This document shows positions 11,343-20,841 of a DNA stretch of 64,000 nucleotides, one piece after another. The notes below the pieces were generated by a model. The model was not told the origin of the DNA. It ran no database searches and saw nothing but the letters and a program-made list of their open reading frames with translations. Source of the DNA: Gammaproteobacteria bacterium (GTDB lineage Bacteria; Pseudomonadota; Gammaproteobacteria; UBA4575); NCBI GenBank assembly GCA_965221955.1, contig CBDCTA010000003.1:34277-98276 (forward strand), read 5' to 3'. Each line of letters starts with the position of its first letter. The first letter of the stretch is position 1. The position numbers were made by a program, and so were the translations under genes.

Positions 11343-11753
11343 ATGCCTAAACCTACACTCGACAATTCGCATCCCATCATGCGCTTTATCTTATTGATAG
11401 AGCGTATTGGTTTAGTATTGATCACCCTTGCTACTATTGTGGCCATAGGCCAAGAATTGCATGTTATCTATCAGCAAGGACGTGTCGAACTACATGACAT
11501 CTTGTTATTATTTATCTACTTAGAAATTTTAACCATGGTAGGGCTCTACTTTACCAGTGGTAAACTTCCGGTACGTTATCCAATCTATATTTCCATCGTT
11601 GCTATCACGCGTTATATTATTTTGGGAATGAAGGAGCTGAATGCGGTAGACATTGTCTGGCTTGCAGCTGCCATATTATTGTTAGCTGTTGCATCCGTTG
11701 CACTGAGATATGGATCTTCTAAGTTTCCATATAAGACGGAGCAGGCGGACTAG
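11343..11753 (+). CDS. PsiE-family membrane protein
   Basis: DILLLFIYLE and PVRYPIYI motifs, four transmembrane segments. Confidence 0.85.
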   Translation: MPKPTLDNSHPIMRFILLIERIGLVLITLATIVAIGQELHVIYQQGRVELHDILLLFIYLEILTMVGLYFTSGKLPVRYPIYISIVAITRYIILGMKELNAVDIVWLAAAILLLAVASVALRYGSSKFPYKTEQAD

Positions 11754-11816
11754 TGAGCAGAAGGATGATTATTTTTATTCTATATAAGCGCTTTAAGTAG
11801 AAGAGGAATACGTAGG

Positions 11817-12188
11817 TTATTGATAAATTCTATATGAGCCATATCTAATGGTTTTTTCGTTTATTCGAATGCGTTTTTTCTCTTTATGTGCCTTATTTAT
11901 AGACTGATCAAGTTTAATTTTTGCATGTTCAATTGCTAGTGTTATAGCGGAAAATAAATCTAATGAGTTTAGTTTGGTTTCGACTGGGACTTGGTTGTAA
12001 ATATAAATTCTAATAAAACAAGATATTTCAGAGTGACTATAATCTGAATTTTTATCAAATAGACTTATTACAATTTTATGTACTTTGTCTTTATCATAGC
12101 CAAACACGCTATGAAGACGTTGCAAAATATGTTTTTTTATTGGTTCATTTAGCTTTAAACCATGTGTTTGTATATTAATTTCTTGCAA
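11817..12188 (-). CDS. HPF/RaiA (S30AE)-like ribosome-associated protein, copy 2
   Basis: INIQTHGLKLNEPIKKHI N-terminus and DLFSAITLA helix resemble the HPF fold; TTG start after AGGTG. Confidence 0.65.
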   Translation of the reverse strand: MQEINIQTHGLKLNEPIKKHILQRLHSVFGYDKDKVHKIVISLFDKNSDYSHSEISCFIRIYIYNQVPVETKLNSLDLFSAITLAIEHAKIKLDQSINKAHKEKKRIRINEKTIRYGSYRIYQ

Positions 12189-12413
12189 AATTTATCACCT
12201 ATTAATTCAATTTTTTAAGCGTAAGTTACATAGGTTTGTGATACTAATTGAATTAAACTTAAGTAAATATTTTTAAAATATATAATAGCTCCAGTTATTA
12301 TCGAAATAACTGGGGCAACTGGTTTAAGAAGTGCAAACAGCACTTCGGGGGGGAGTAGTTAATAGCATGGGAATTGTTAGCAAAATAGTTAGTGTTATGT
12401 AAGAAGTAGTAGA

Positions 12414-12899
12414 TTAGTATAAATAGAGAGAAAAGTTTCTTTTCTGTTGGGTTTTTGAATCATTATCTTTTTGAATTGCATTAATCATTGTCTCCCATGG
12501 TAATAACACGCAGTCATATACTGAATGTTGGTGTTTATTTTTAGATATATCGCAAAGCTTCCTTATTAGAACATCAAATGATTTATGGTCATTAATTTCA
12601 TTGGAGATAAGTTTCTTGATACGGTTAAATAATAGTTGTGCGTAATCAAATGTTTGACCATTAAGCTCATCAGCCATTATAGATGCAGAGGCTTTAGTTG
12701 ACGAACAGCACTTGCCTGTAAAGCTAATATTATGCAACGTGTCCTGGAATTTACTAAAATATATTGTAATAGAATCGCCACATATAAGATTTGAGCCTTG
12801 TGCTTGTTGGTATCTATTTTGAAGAGATCTCATATCGTATTTTGAAAAAAATATGTGATCTCTTAAAATTTCCTCAAATATGTCTTCTGTTCTTAACAT
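12414..12899 (-). CDS. Divergent SufU/NifU-N-like protein
   Basis: NLICGDSI, GKCCSSTKASASIM and CVLLPW retain the SufU Cys/Asp/Cys/Cys ligand pattern. Confidence 0.8.
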   Translation of the reverse strand: MLRTEDIFEEILRDHIFFSKYDMRSLQNRYQQAQGSNLICGDSITIYFSKFQDTLHNISFTGKCCSSTKASASIMADELNGQTFDYAQLLFNRIKKLISNEINDHKSFDVLIRKLCDISKNKHQHSVYDCVLLPWETMINAIQKDNDSKTQQKRNFSLYLY

Positions 12900-13113
12900 C
12901 GGCTAAATATCTTTGTGAATACTAAAGCTAATTGAAATTAAATTAGTCATGTAAATAACAGTAAAATTAATCCAAATGTTAGCGCCATACCTGTTGTGAG
13001 TGCTGCCAACTCCCCCCACAATTGACAGTTAAAGCATTTTTTGCAAATCATGTCCTTATTTCCTTTTTTCGCTAATATGTATATTAATGTGTTAATAGTG
13101 TTGTAATTCCGAG

Positions 13114-13791
13114 TTAATTAGATTGAGAAAAAAATGAGTGATTGGTCTCAGAGTTGATTAATTTATCAATCATTAATGCATCATTTAAATCAGCAACATA
13201 AAAATTAGGGTTCATGTAGATTGCTTCAAATACCCATTTCAAGGAACTTATGGCTTCACGTGTATTTTCAGCGACTAAAGCTTCACGCGCAGTTAATAAG
13301 CTTGCTTTAGCAAATGCATAGTCAAAATATGCAGCACTTGAATCATTTTGCTTATTATTATTTCCTTGATACATAATCCCATTTTTCAACTTTGAATATA
13401 TAGTTGGAAATGTTGTCTTGTCTTGTAAAACATCATTGCTTACAGGTGGGTAAATAAACCAATATTCTTTTGAGCCATTGATGATTAATGGACTTTTATT
13501 TTCTGCATGCGTGTCATGCGATAATTGATCTTTCAGCATTTCTACTTTAGTAATTGCTTTCTTGACAGAAAGAAGTGAACTCTGTGGATTAGATTCGACG
13601 TTTACAAGAGCATCTTCAGTACTTTTTAGAATATTTTCTACTAACTCATCAACACTGATGCTGTCAACTTTTGTAGGTGTGATGTCCTTGTTTATCTTTT
13701 TTATATCTGCAAATGCTGCTATTGGCAGTATGGCTATAATTAAAAAAAAGTATAAAAATTTATTGCGAATATTTGTGCTCATAATTTTCAT
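13114..13791 (-). CDS. Exported hypothetical protein (possibly YfdX-like, helical)
   Basis: Signal peptide ending AAFA; helical C-terminal segment AKASLLTAREAL. Confidence 0.55.
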   Translation of the reverse strand: MKIMSTNIRNKFLYFFLIIAILPIAAFADIKKINKDITPTKVDSISVDELVENILKSTEDALVNVESNPQSSLLSVKKAITKVEMLKDQLSHDTHAENKSPLIINGSKEYWFIYPPVSNDVLQDKTTFPTIYSKLKNGIMYQGNNNKQNDSSAAYFDYAFAKASLLTAREALVAENTREAISSLKWVFEAIYMNPNFYVADLNDALMIDKLINSETNHSFFSQSN

Positions 13792-14180
13792 TAAAGTTCT
13801 CTTGTTAGTTGCGGATTATGATTTGGTAATCTGAGTATCTTTTTGCTAGATTTTTGCTTTTTTAAGATAGAAATTTTATTTAATAATTTTTCTAACTTTG
13901 CAAATCTTCTGACTACATTTCTTTTTGCCCGAAGTGCTGCGTACTCTATAGCTAAATAGACACTATCAGCGTGAAATTCGGAAACAATTGTTGGAAGAGC
14001 GCGTGCTTGGATATGTATTTGACAAGTCACATTATTTTTGTTGTTTGATTTGAAATATCGAACATAAACTTTTTGGACTCTTTTGCTTATGTTAGAAAAT
14101 AGATCGTTAATTCTATTTTCTGTGTGTCTGCGTAAATGATCTGTAATCTCTACATTGTGTGATTGAATAATAAGTTGCAT
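13791..14180 (-). CDS. HPF/RaiA (S30AE)-like ribosome-associated protein, copy 1
   Basis: MQLIIQSHNVEITDHLRRHTENRI and DSVYLAIEYA match the HPF pattern; basic C-terminal tail. Confidence 0.75.
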   Translation of the reverse strand: MQLIIQSHNVEITDHLRRHTENRINDLFSNISKRVQKVYVRYFKSNNKNNVTCQIHIQARALPTIVSEFHADSVYLAIEYAALRAKRNVVRRFAKLEKLLNKISILKKQKSSKKILRLPNHNPQLTREL

Positions 14181-14254
14181 ATGTTTTAGTGATTGTTGAA
14201 ATTGTGTTTAGCGTAATCATCAATCCGTTTCATAACAATTCGTTTATTTTTAGG

Positions 14255-14335
14255 TAATACATCGGTTTAACTAGATGAGATGAAAATAATTGGGCTAAAA
14301 AAGCGGTTAGTTGCTAATACATCGGGAATATCGAA
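14255..14335. promoter_or_regulatory. Candidate NhaR (LysR) operators in the divergent promoter
   Basis: TAATACATCGG repeated at 14255 and 14315 (60 bp apart); the second copy continues as TCG-N7-CGA, a LysR T-N11-A dyad. Confidence 0.5.
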
Positions 14336-14416
14336 TATAATATACTCATAATACGAATATACCTTACAATTAAATATGAGTATTATGGCTAGGTAATATA
14401 AAAACAAAACACTCAA

Positions 14417-15316
14417 ATGCGACATTTAAACTACAACCATCTACATTATTTTTGGACCGTTGCGCGTGAGGGGAGTATTGCTAAAGCTTCTGAAGTTCTA
14501 CATATCACTCCACAAACAATTAGTGGTCAACTCAAGCTATTAGAAGATTCTGTAGGATCTGCGCTTTTTCAGCGAAAGGGGCGTGGCCTAATGTTGACTG
14601 ATACGGGTCAGATAGTTCATTTATATGCTGATGAAATATTTTCTTTAGGCGCAGAGTTATCGCAGCGTTTAAAAAGCAAAGAGCCAGGTAAATCTCTTGA
14701 ATTAAATGTGGGAGTTGTATTTTCAATTGCTAAGTTAATTGCTTACAGAATACTTGAGCCTGTACTTGAGCTCGAGGATCCTGTACGGGTTATTTGCCAT
14801 GAGGGTAACCTTGAGAAACTTCTAGGTGATCTTGCAGTGCATAAATTAGACCTTATTTTATCTGATAGACCACTTCCGCCAGGTTTGCACGTAAAAGCGT
14901 ATAACCATGTGCTAGGAAATAGCACGATTTCGTTTTTTGCAGAAAGGAAACTTGCAAAATCATTTCGTAAGAATTTTCCAACCTCATTAGATAATGCACC
15001 TATGCTCATGCCTGTTAAAACTAATGTACTTCGAAGGAGTTTGGAAGATTGGTTCGATCAACAAGAAATTGATCTGAATATAATTTCAGAATTTGACGAT
15101 AGTGCCTTGCTCAAAGCATTTGGAAGTGCGGGTGTAGGAGTTTTTCCTGCACCCACTGCCATATCTGAGCATGTTGAACATATGTACAACGCAAGTTTGA
15201 TTGGGACAGTAGATGAATTGAATGAATCGTATTATGCCATTTCGCCAGAAAGAAAATTAAAACACCCAGGCGTAATGTGTATTACTGAAACTGCACGGGA
15301 AGAACTATTCAATTAG
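14417..15316 (+). CDS. nhaR: LysR-family transcriptional activator NhaR
   Basis: LNYNHLHYFW, TPQTISGQ, EFDDSALLKAFG, ERKLKHP. Confidence 0.95.
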   Translation: MRHLNYNHLHYFWTVAREGSIAKASEVLHITPQTISGQLKLLEDSVGSALFQRKGRGLMLTDTGQIVHLYADEIFSLGAELSQRLKSKEPGKSLELNVGVVFSIAKLIAYRILEPVLELEDPVRVICHEGNLEKLLGDLAVHKLDLILSDRPLPPGLHVKAYNHVLGNSTISFFAERKLAKSFRKNFPTSLDNAPMLMPVKTNVLRRSLEDWFDQQEIDLNIISEFDDSALLKAFGSAGVGVFPAPTAISEHVEHMYNASLIGTVDELNESYYAISPERKLKHPGVMCITETAREELFN

Positions 15317-15321
15317 TCATT

Positions 15322-16518
15322 ATGAAAAATTCTAATAACGCCTTTTTTGCAAAATATATTCAGCAAGAGTCTTTTGCTGGAATCTTTTTGGTAACAACGG
15401 CGTTCCTTGCGATTCTTGTGGCCAATTCGCCATTAAATGTTTACTACCAAATGCTCATCGACACGCCGGTAGCAATTAAAGTGGGTCAATTAGAAATCTA
15501 TAAACCTCTTCTGCTTTGGGTAAATGATGGCTTGATGGCCATATTTTTCTTTTTGATTGGTTTAGAGCTAAAGCGAGAATTTATTGAAGGTGAGCTATCC
15601 GAACGAAAAAAAATTGTTTTACCAGCACTAGGCGCTCTGGGTGGAATGTTTGTGCCAGCATTAATTTATGTCTGGTTAAATTATGACGATCCTGTTGCTC
15701 TACAAGGTTGGGCTATACCAGCTGCAACCGATATTGCATTTGCATTGGGGATTTTGTCTTTATTAGGTTCTAGGGTTCCCATTAGTTTAAAAGTATTTTT
15801 AACATCATTGGCGATTTTTGATGACGTAGGGGCTATCCTGATCATTGCATTATTTTACACGAGTAAAATTTCAATTGTAGCGTTGTTAATCGTTGCAGTA
15901 ACTTGTTTAATTTTATTTGTATTAAATAAAAAAAGGATAACGGATAAAAGTATATATATTATTTTTGGCATTGTTATGTGGGTAGCAATGTTAAAATCAG
16001 GCGTGCATGCGACACTTGCAGGTGTAATTTTAGCTTTATTTATTCCATTTTATGCAAAATCAAATCAGGAAACTTCACCTCTCAAAAGTTTAGAGCAAGA
16101 TTTGCATTCAACCGTTGCATTAATAATTCTACCAATTTTTGCCTTTTGCAATGCAGGTGTTAATTTCTCGAATTTTGGACTGGAGCAACTATTACATGGG
16201 ATTCCTCTAGGAATCGCACTTGGATTGTTTTTTGGAAACCAAATAGGCATATTTTTATTCTGTTGGTTGGGGATCAAATTACGCTTAACAACACTTCCTG
16301 AAGAAATCTCATGGCTTTCCTTGTATGGAACTGCTGCGCTCTGTGGTGTTGGATTTACAATGAGCTTGTTTATCGGCTCGCTTGCCTTTGAGGAGACAGG
16401 TGCAAATTATTTGATAGATGAAAGAATAGGAATTCTTATTGGTTCATTGGTTTCTGGTATATATGGATATTTTATTTTACGTAATAGTCTAAAACTAAAT
16501 TCAAATAATGTGGGTTAA
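15322..16518 (+). CDS. nhaA: Na+/H+ antiporter NhaA
   Basis: WVNDGLMAIFF, GWAIPAATDIAFA, LAIFDD, GVGFTMSLFI. Confidence 0.96.
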   Translation: MKNSNNAFFAKYIQQESFAGIFLVTTAFLAILVANSPLNVYYQMLIDTPVAIKVGQLEIYKPLLLWVNDGLMAIFFFLIGLELKREFIEGELSERKKIVLPALGALGGMFVPALIYVWLNYDDPVALQGWAIPAATDIAFALGILSLLGSRVPISLKVFLTSLAIFDDVGAILIIALFYTSKISIVALLIVAVTCLILFVLNKKRITDKSIYIIFGIVMWVAMLKSGVHATLAGVILALFIPFYAKSNQETSPLKSLEQDLHSTVALIILPIFAFCNAGVNFSNFGLEQLLHGIPLGIALGLFFGNQIGIFLFCWLGIKLRLTTLPEEISWLSLYGTAALCGVGFTMSLFIGSLAFEETGANYLIDERIGILIGSLVSGIYGYFILRNSLKLNSNNVG

Positions 16519-16642
16519 CTCATAAATCTTTTATATTTGATTAAAATTGATTTGCAAAGCTTATGTAAGTTTGATGATTCTGCGTTAAATCAGATATAAC
16601 AACTTGTTCCAAGTTAGTTTGAAAAGAAACATAACTGTTGAA

Positions 16643-17062
16643 TTAAATCACATTGTCGTTTTGTTCTGGGCATGTGCAAGTATTTTGATATTGGCATAAA
16701 CGATAATTTCTTATGTGGGCAATAGCAATAATAATTGCACCAATTATTGTGAAAGCTTTTTCTAAGTATTTATCTAATAAATCGTGACCCAAAAATGCGA
16801 CTACACACAAAATTAGTAAGCCGATACCGCCTATCCATAATATTTGGTAACGCTTGTGGTTTTTGCATCCCATTGTAAGAGCGTATGTAGTAACCGGTAC
16901 TACAGCAATTACCATCCAAATATGAAAAATCTCATCTTGTAATGGCAATGCTGTAATTGATGGGAATAAAACAACTAAAAGAGGTAATACCAAACAGTGA
17001 ATGGTGCATAGTAAAGATAAACTAATGGCAGTTTTATCTGATATTGAACGTGCATTGATCAT
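16643..17062 (-). CDS. MerC-domain membrane protein
   Basis: DKTAISLSLLCTIHCLVLP motif, AHIRN near C-terminus, four transmembrane segments. Confidence 0.85.
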   Translation of the reverse strand: MINARSISDKTAISLSLLCTIHCLVLPLLVVLFPSITALPLQDEIFHIWMVIAVVPVTTYALTMGCKNHKRYQILWIGGIGLLILCVVAFLGHDLLDKYLEKAFTIIGAIIIAIAHIRNYRLCQYQNTCTCPEQNDNVI

Positions 17063-17152
17063 TATTTAGTCGAAACAGAACGCACTTGGCTGGGACAGAT
17101 CTTACTGAAAAGCGTTGATTACTTCGTTGCAAAAATATTTTAAAAGTCTATG

Positions 17153-17190
17153 TTATGTTACATTATAACATATGTTATAATATAACATAA
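17153..17190. promoter_or_regulatory. Tandem Zur boxes
   Basis: TGTTACATTATAACA (17156-17170) and TGTTATAATATAACA (17173-17187) match the gammaproteobacterial Zur core TGTTATA-N-TATAACA. Confidence 0.85.
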
Positions 17191-17261
17191 TCGATTTTAT
17201 TGAACTATTCTTTTGATCTATTGGCTTTGATTGACAGAGTCATTTGCTTGTGTAGGAGTTT

Positions 17262-19292
17262 ATGATGCGCACTTTAGTTTTTATTGTATTACTGTCTGCA
17301 GTAAGTTTGCATGTATTCGCAGAGGATGAAGCAGCAACGAAAAAATACAATTTGCCTGTAATCATAATCGAGTCAAATTGGTTTGATGGTAAACAGCCTG
17401 ATGAATTTGCCCAGTCAATTGAGGTATTGCGTGATGAAGAGCTTGAACGTAAGAAATCTAATTCAATAGGTGAGACTGTTAAGAATGAATTAGGTGTCTC
17501 TTCTACTTATTTTGCGCCAGGCGCAAGTCGGCCCATTATTCGTGGACTAGGTAGTAACCGCGTTCGAGTCCTTGAAAACGGGATCGGAGCATTGGACGCT
17601 TCCAGTCTTAGTGAAGATCATCCTGTATCGATTGAGCCATACTTTGCTGAACAAGTCGAAATTATTCGTGGTCCTGCAACTTTGCGTTATGGGCCTGGCG
17701 CAATTGGTGGTGTGGTGAATATTATCAATAATCGTATTCCACAAACTTTAAAAACCGGTCCTTTCGAGTTAAAAGCTGGAGTGGAACATGCCACAGTTTC
17801 CGATGGTGAAACCGCTGCACTTGAATTAAATGGTTCACACAAATCCTTTGCCTGGCATTTCGATGGCTTAACCCGAGACACAAATGATTATGAAATTGAT
17901 GGGTTTGCAAATGAGGAAGAAAGAGAAAATAGAGGGCGCTTAGCAAACAGTGACGTAGAAGCGGATAACCATGGCTTGGGGGCAAGTTTTATAATGGAGA
18001 AAGGCATGATCGGTTTTGCCTATAATCGATTTGATACTGATTTTGGTGTTCCGGGTGCTGAAGAAGGTGATATTCGAATCGACCTCAAACAATATCGTTA
18101 TGACATGCTGGCACAATTGTTTCATCCGCTCAGCAGTGTAGAAAAGATTTCATTGCGTTCTACCTACAACAATTACCGTCACTTTGAAGTGGAAGAAGAT
18201 GGAGAAATCGCCACGATGTTTGATAATGAAGAACTCGAGTCCAGACTCGAGGTTATTCATAACGTCAATAATCACTGGAAAAATGCATTTGGTGTGCAAT
18301 ATAACGATCGCGAGTTTTCTGCGGTAGGTGAAGAAGCCTTTATTCAGCCTCTAGATCAAGAAAGGTATGGGTTCTTTGCAGTAAGCCATTTTCACAATGA
18401 CCAATGGGATTTAGAAGGCGGTCTGCGTTTTGATCGCGATGAATTTGATCCTGATAATGGGGATGATGAAGATTTTAGTGTGTACTCAATTTCATTCGGT
18501 GCGCAACGCAAATTGGCTAATGAAATGCAGTTTAATGTATTTGTTGCACGCTCTGAACGAGCACCACAAGAAACCGCTTTATATGCAGACGGCCCACATT
18601 TAGCAACCCTCACTTTTGAAACAGGTTCTACCGATATTGATGAGGAAATATCCTACAATATTGAGATTGGTCTTGAGCAAAATAAAAGCAGTCACACCTG
18701 GGCAGTGAATGCTTATTTCAACCGTATTGATGATTTCATTTATCTTGCCGGTGTCGATGTGAATAATGATGGTATCGCTGATCGTGTGGATGAAGACGGT
18801 ATGTTTGACCCAATGGGTGAGCTACTTGCAGGGGTCTACGAAAATGAGGATGCAGACTTTTACGGCATTGAAGCTGAGTTTGTTAAGCAACTAGTCAGCA
18901 ATAGTAACTACGATATACGAGGCCGTATTTTTGGCGACTATATACGTGCTGAATTTCGAGATAATGATTTTGGAGATGTGCCGCGCATTCCTGCAGGACG
19001 CTTGGGCTTAGGCTTAGAGGCCTATCGTAATACCTGGAATGGAACCTTAGATCTTATCTATGTTGCGGACCAAAACAACGAAGGTGATCTTGAAACGGAT
19101 ACCGACAGTTACACCATGTTGAATGCAAGTTTATCTAAAATATTATATGCCGGTAACTCAGATATAAAAGTATTTCTCAAAGGCGAAAACTTGTTGGATG
19201 AGGATGCTCGCCAACACACTTCATTCACAAAAGATCGTGTAGTACTGCCAGGAAGAGGGGTAACATTTGGTGCAGCATTGATGTTTGAGTAG
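17262..19292 (+). CDS. TonB-dependent receptor, ZnuD-like
   Basis: Plug motifs ASRPIIRG, EDHPV and GPATLRYGPGAIGGVVN; RQHTSF..LPGR; penultimate Phe; Zur boxes upstream. Confidence 0.88.
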   Translation: MMRTLVFIVLLSAVSLHVFAEDEAATKKYNLPVIIIESNWFDGKQPDEFAQSIEVLRDEELERKKSNSIGETVKNELGVSSTYFAPGASRPIIRGLGSNRVRVLENGIGALDASSLSEDHPVSIEPYFAEQVEIIRGPATLRYGPGAIGGVVNIINNRIPQTLKTGPFELKAGVEHATVSDGETAALELNGSHKSFAWHFDGLTRDTNDYEIDGFANEEERENRGRLANSDVEADNHGLGASFIMEKGMIGFAYNRFDTDFGVPGAEEGDIRIDLKQYRYDMLAQLFHPLSSVEKISLRSTYNNYRHFEVEEDGEIATMFDNEELESRLEVIHNVNNHWKNAFGVQYNDREFSAVGEEAFIQPLDQERYGFFAVSHFHNDQWDLEGGLRFDRDEFDPDNGDDEDFSVYSISFGAQRKLANEMQFNVFVARSERAPQETALYADGPHLATLTFETGSTDIDEEISYNIEIGLEQNKSSHTWAVNAYFNRIDDFIYLAGVDVNNDGIADRVDEDGMFDPMGELLAGVYENEDADFYGIEAEFVKQLVSNSNYDIRGRIFGDYIRAEFRDNDFGDVPRIPAGRLGLGLEAYRNTWNGTLDLIYVADQNNEGDLETDTDSYTMLNASLSKILYAGNSDIKVFLKGENLLDEDARQHTSFTKDRVVLPGRGVTFGAALMFE

Positions 19293-19373
19293 GTAAACGG
19301 TGTAATATCGCATACTAATTTGGGCTTATCTCTAGTCTGTATGTGTATATGCTTTGATCAAAAAAATATCGAA

Positions 19374-19940
19374 ATGATTAAATTCATTTCAATGTTGGGT
19401 GTTCTCGTTGCCAGTGTTAGTTGTGAAAATCTATTTGCAGCTGAAGAGCACATCTATCCAGAATTTTCTATTCAGGTACCTGAAACATGGCAGGCAGTGG
19501 AGCTTGATCGGGAAGGTGCGTCAAAGTCATGGCTTTTTGGCAAACAAGCGACAGAAAATGAAAGTGGAGTTTCAATAGCAGTACATATACTGGAACTAGA
19601 GGATGCGAAGTTTGATTCTGAAACCAAATTAATTTTGGCGAAAGAAAGATGGTTGAATAAAAATATCAATACCATGGGAAAATCTAAGAAGGTGTTAAAC
19701 ACAAGCATTATCTATGATGAAATAATCGATGGAGAAAATTTCAGAGCAGTTAATTTCCGCAGTTTATTTGATGTGCATAATCACCCTGAACTGCAATTAA
19801 AAATTTATGGGCGTATATATTTGACAATTTTAGATGCCAAAGTAATTACGATAAATTTTCAAGCATCAGAAATGCATGAAAGTAAGACTAAACCTGAGTT
19901 AGAAAAAATTGTTGAAACTATTCGATTAAATAGAAGATAA
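19374..19940 (+). CDS. Exported hypothetical protein (possibly PsbP/DcrB-like)
   Basis: Signal peptide from ATG 19374; FSIQVPETW motif. Confidence 0.55.
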   Translation: MIKFISMLGVLVASVSCENLFAAEEHIYPEFSIQVPETWQAVELDREGASKSWLFGKQATENESGVSIAVHILELEDAKFDSETKLILAKERWLNKNINTMGKSKKVLNTSIIYDEIIDGENFRAVNFRSLFDVHNHPELQLKIYGRIYLTILDAKVITINFQASEMHESKTKPELEKIVETIRLNRR

Positions 19941-20029
19941 CTCGTATAAATTCAATCATAGAATGATAAAGCATGAAGCAACATCCATGTTGCGTTGTAT
20001 CATCGATCTATAGAGCCTTGTGAGAGCAG

Positions 20030-20119
20030 TTAACCTTTATTACTTAAGTTGCTCCAAATGATATAAACGATCAAAATTCCAAATCCTATATACATAACAT
20101 TATAAAGTGCATGTTCCAT
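20030..20119 (-). CDS. Putative 29-aa single-transmembrane small protein MEHALYNVMYIGFGILIVYIIWSNLSNKG
   Basis: AAGGAA ribosome-binding site just upstream of ATG 20119; one hydrophobic segment; below the ORF-track cutoff. Confidence 0.45.
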   Translation of the reverse strand: MEHALYNVMYIGFGILIVYIIWSNLSNKG

Positions 20120-20358
20120 GGTATTCCTTTTCTTCATTGCTTTAGCAAATGAAAGATTGTGTGTTGACTGGAGTTATATTCCAGTGGGATTTACCCTTGT
20201 CGGGCCAAATCTGAAAAGAAGCGTAAAAAGCGAATTGATGAGTACAATTCCATGTACGCCGCCTGACAGGCGGGTCCTGATTTAGATAAGTTATACAGGG
20301 ACTGTATAGCGTTATCATGTTCATAGCAATAAATCTTCTGATTAAAAGGTAAAAAAAT

Positions 20359-20832
20359 ATGAAAACGCTTGGTATTTTTGCAGATGTGCAAAATATTTAT
20401 TACACCACTCGCCAAGTCTATGGGAGACAATTCAACTACCGAAAACTTTGGGCACAATTAAGCCAAGAGGGAAAAATACAATGTGCTAATGCCTATGCAA
20501 CTCAGCGTTCTGACGACAAGCAACATAAGTTTCAAAAAGCATTAGAGCATATTGGATTTAATGTAAAGCTAAAGCCATATATTCAACGTGCGGATGGCTC
20601 TGCAAAAGGGGATTGGGATGTTGGCATTACTATCGATGTATTAGAAGTCGCGCAGAAGGTAGACGAAATTATTTTGTTATCTGGAGATGGAGATTTTGAT
20701 CTTTTGCTGGAAAAAGTAAAACAACAATTTGAGGTTACTGCAAAGGTTTATGGTGTGCCAGGCTTAACGGCTAAAACTTTAATTGAATCCGCAACTGTCT
20801 ATCATCCGATAGAAGAAGATTTATTGTTGTAA
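20359..20832 (+). CDS. NYN/LabA-DUF88 PIN-like domain protein
   Basis: IFADVQNIYY, KGDWDVGITID, LSGDGDF. Confidence 0.9.
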   Translation: MKTLGIFADVQNIYYTTRQVYGRQFNYRKLWAQLSQEGKIQCANAYATQRSDDKQHKFQKALEHIGFNVKLKPYIQRADGSAKGDWDVGITIDVLEVAQKVDEIILLSGDGDFDLLLEKVKQQFEVTAKVYGVPGLTAKTLIESATVYHPIEEDLLL

Positions 20833-20841
20833 GTCTATTGT

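Noticed and set aside
12346-12413. yybP-ykoY (Mn2+) riboswitch suggested by GGGGAGTAG
   Set aside because: Wrong strand for the neighbouring genes, and the downstream conserved riboswitch elements are not visible.
20142-20457. ORFs 20142..20324 and 20191..20457
   Set aside because: No recognisable motifs or RBS; one overlaps the NYN gene in antisense.
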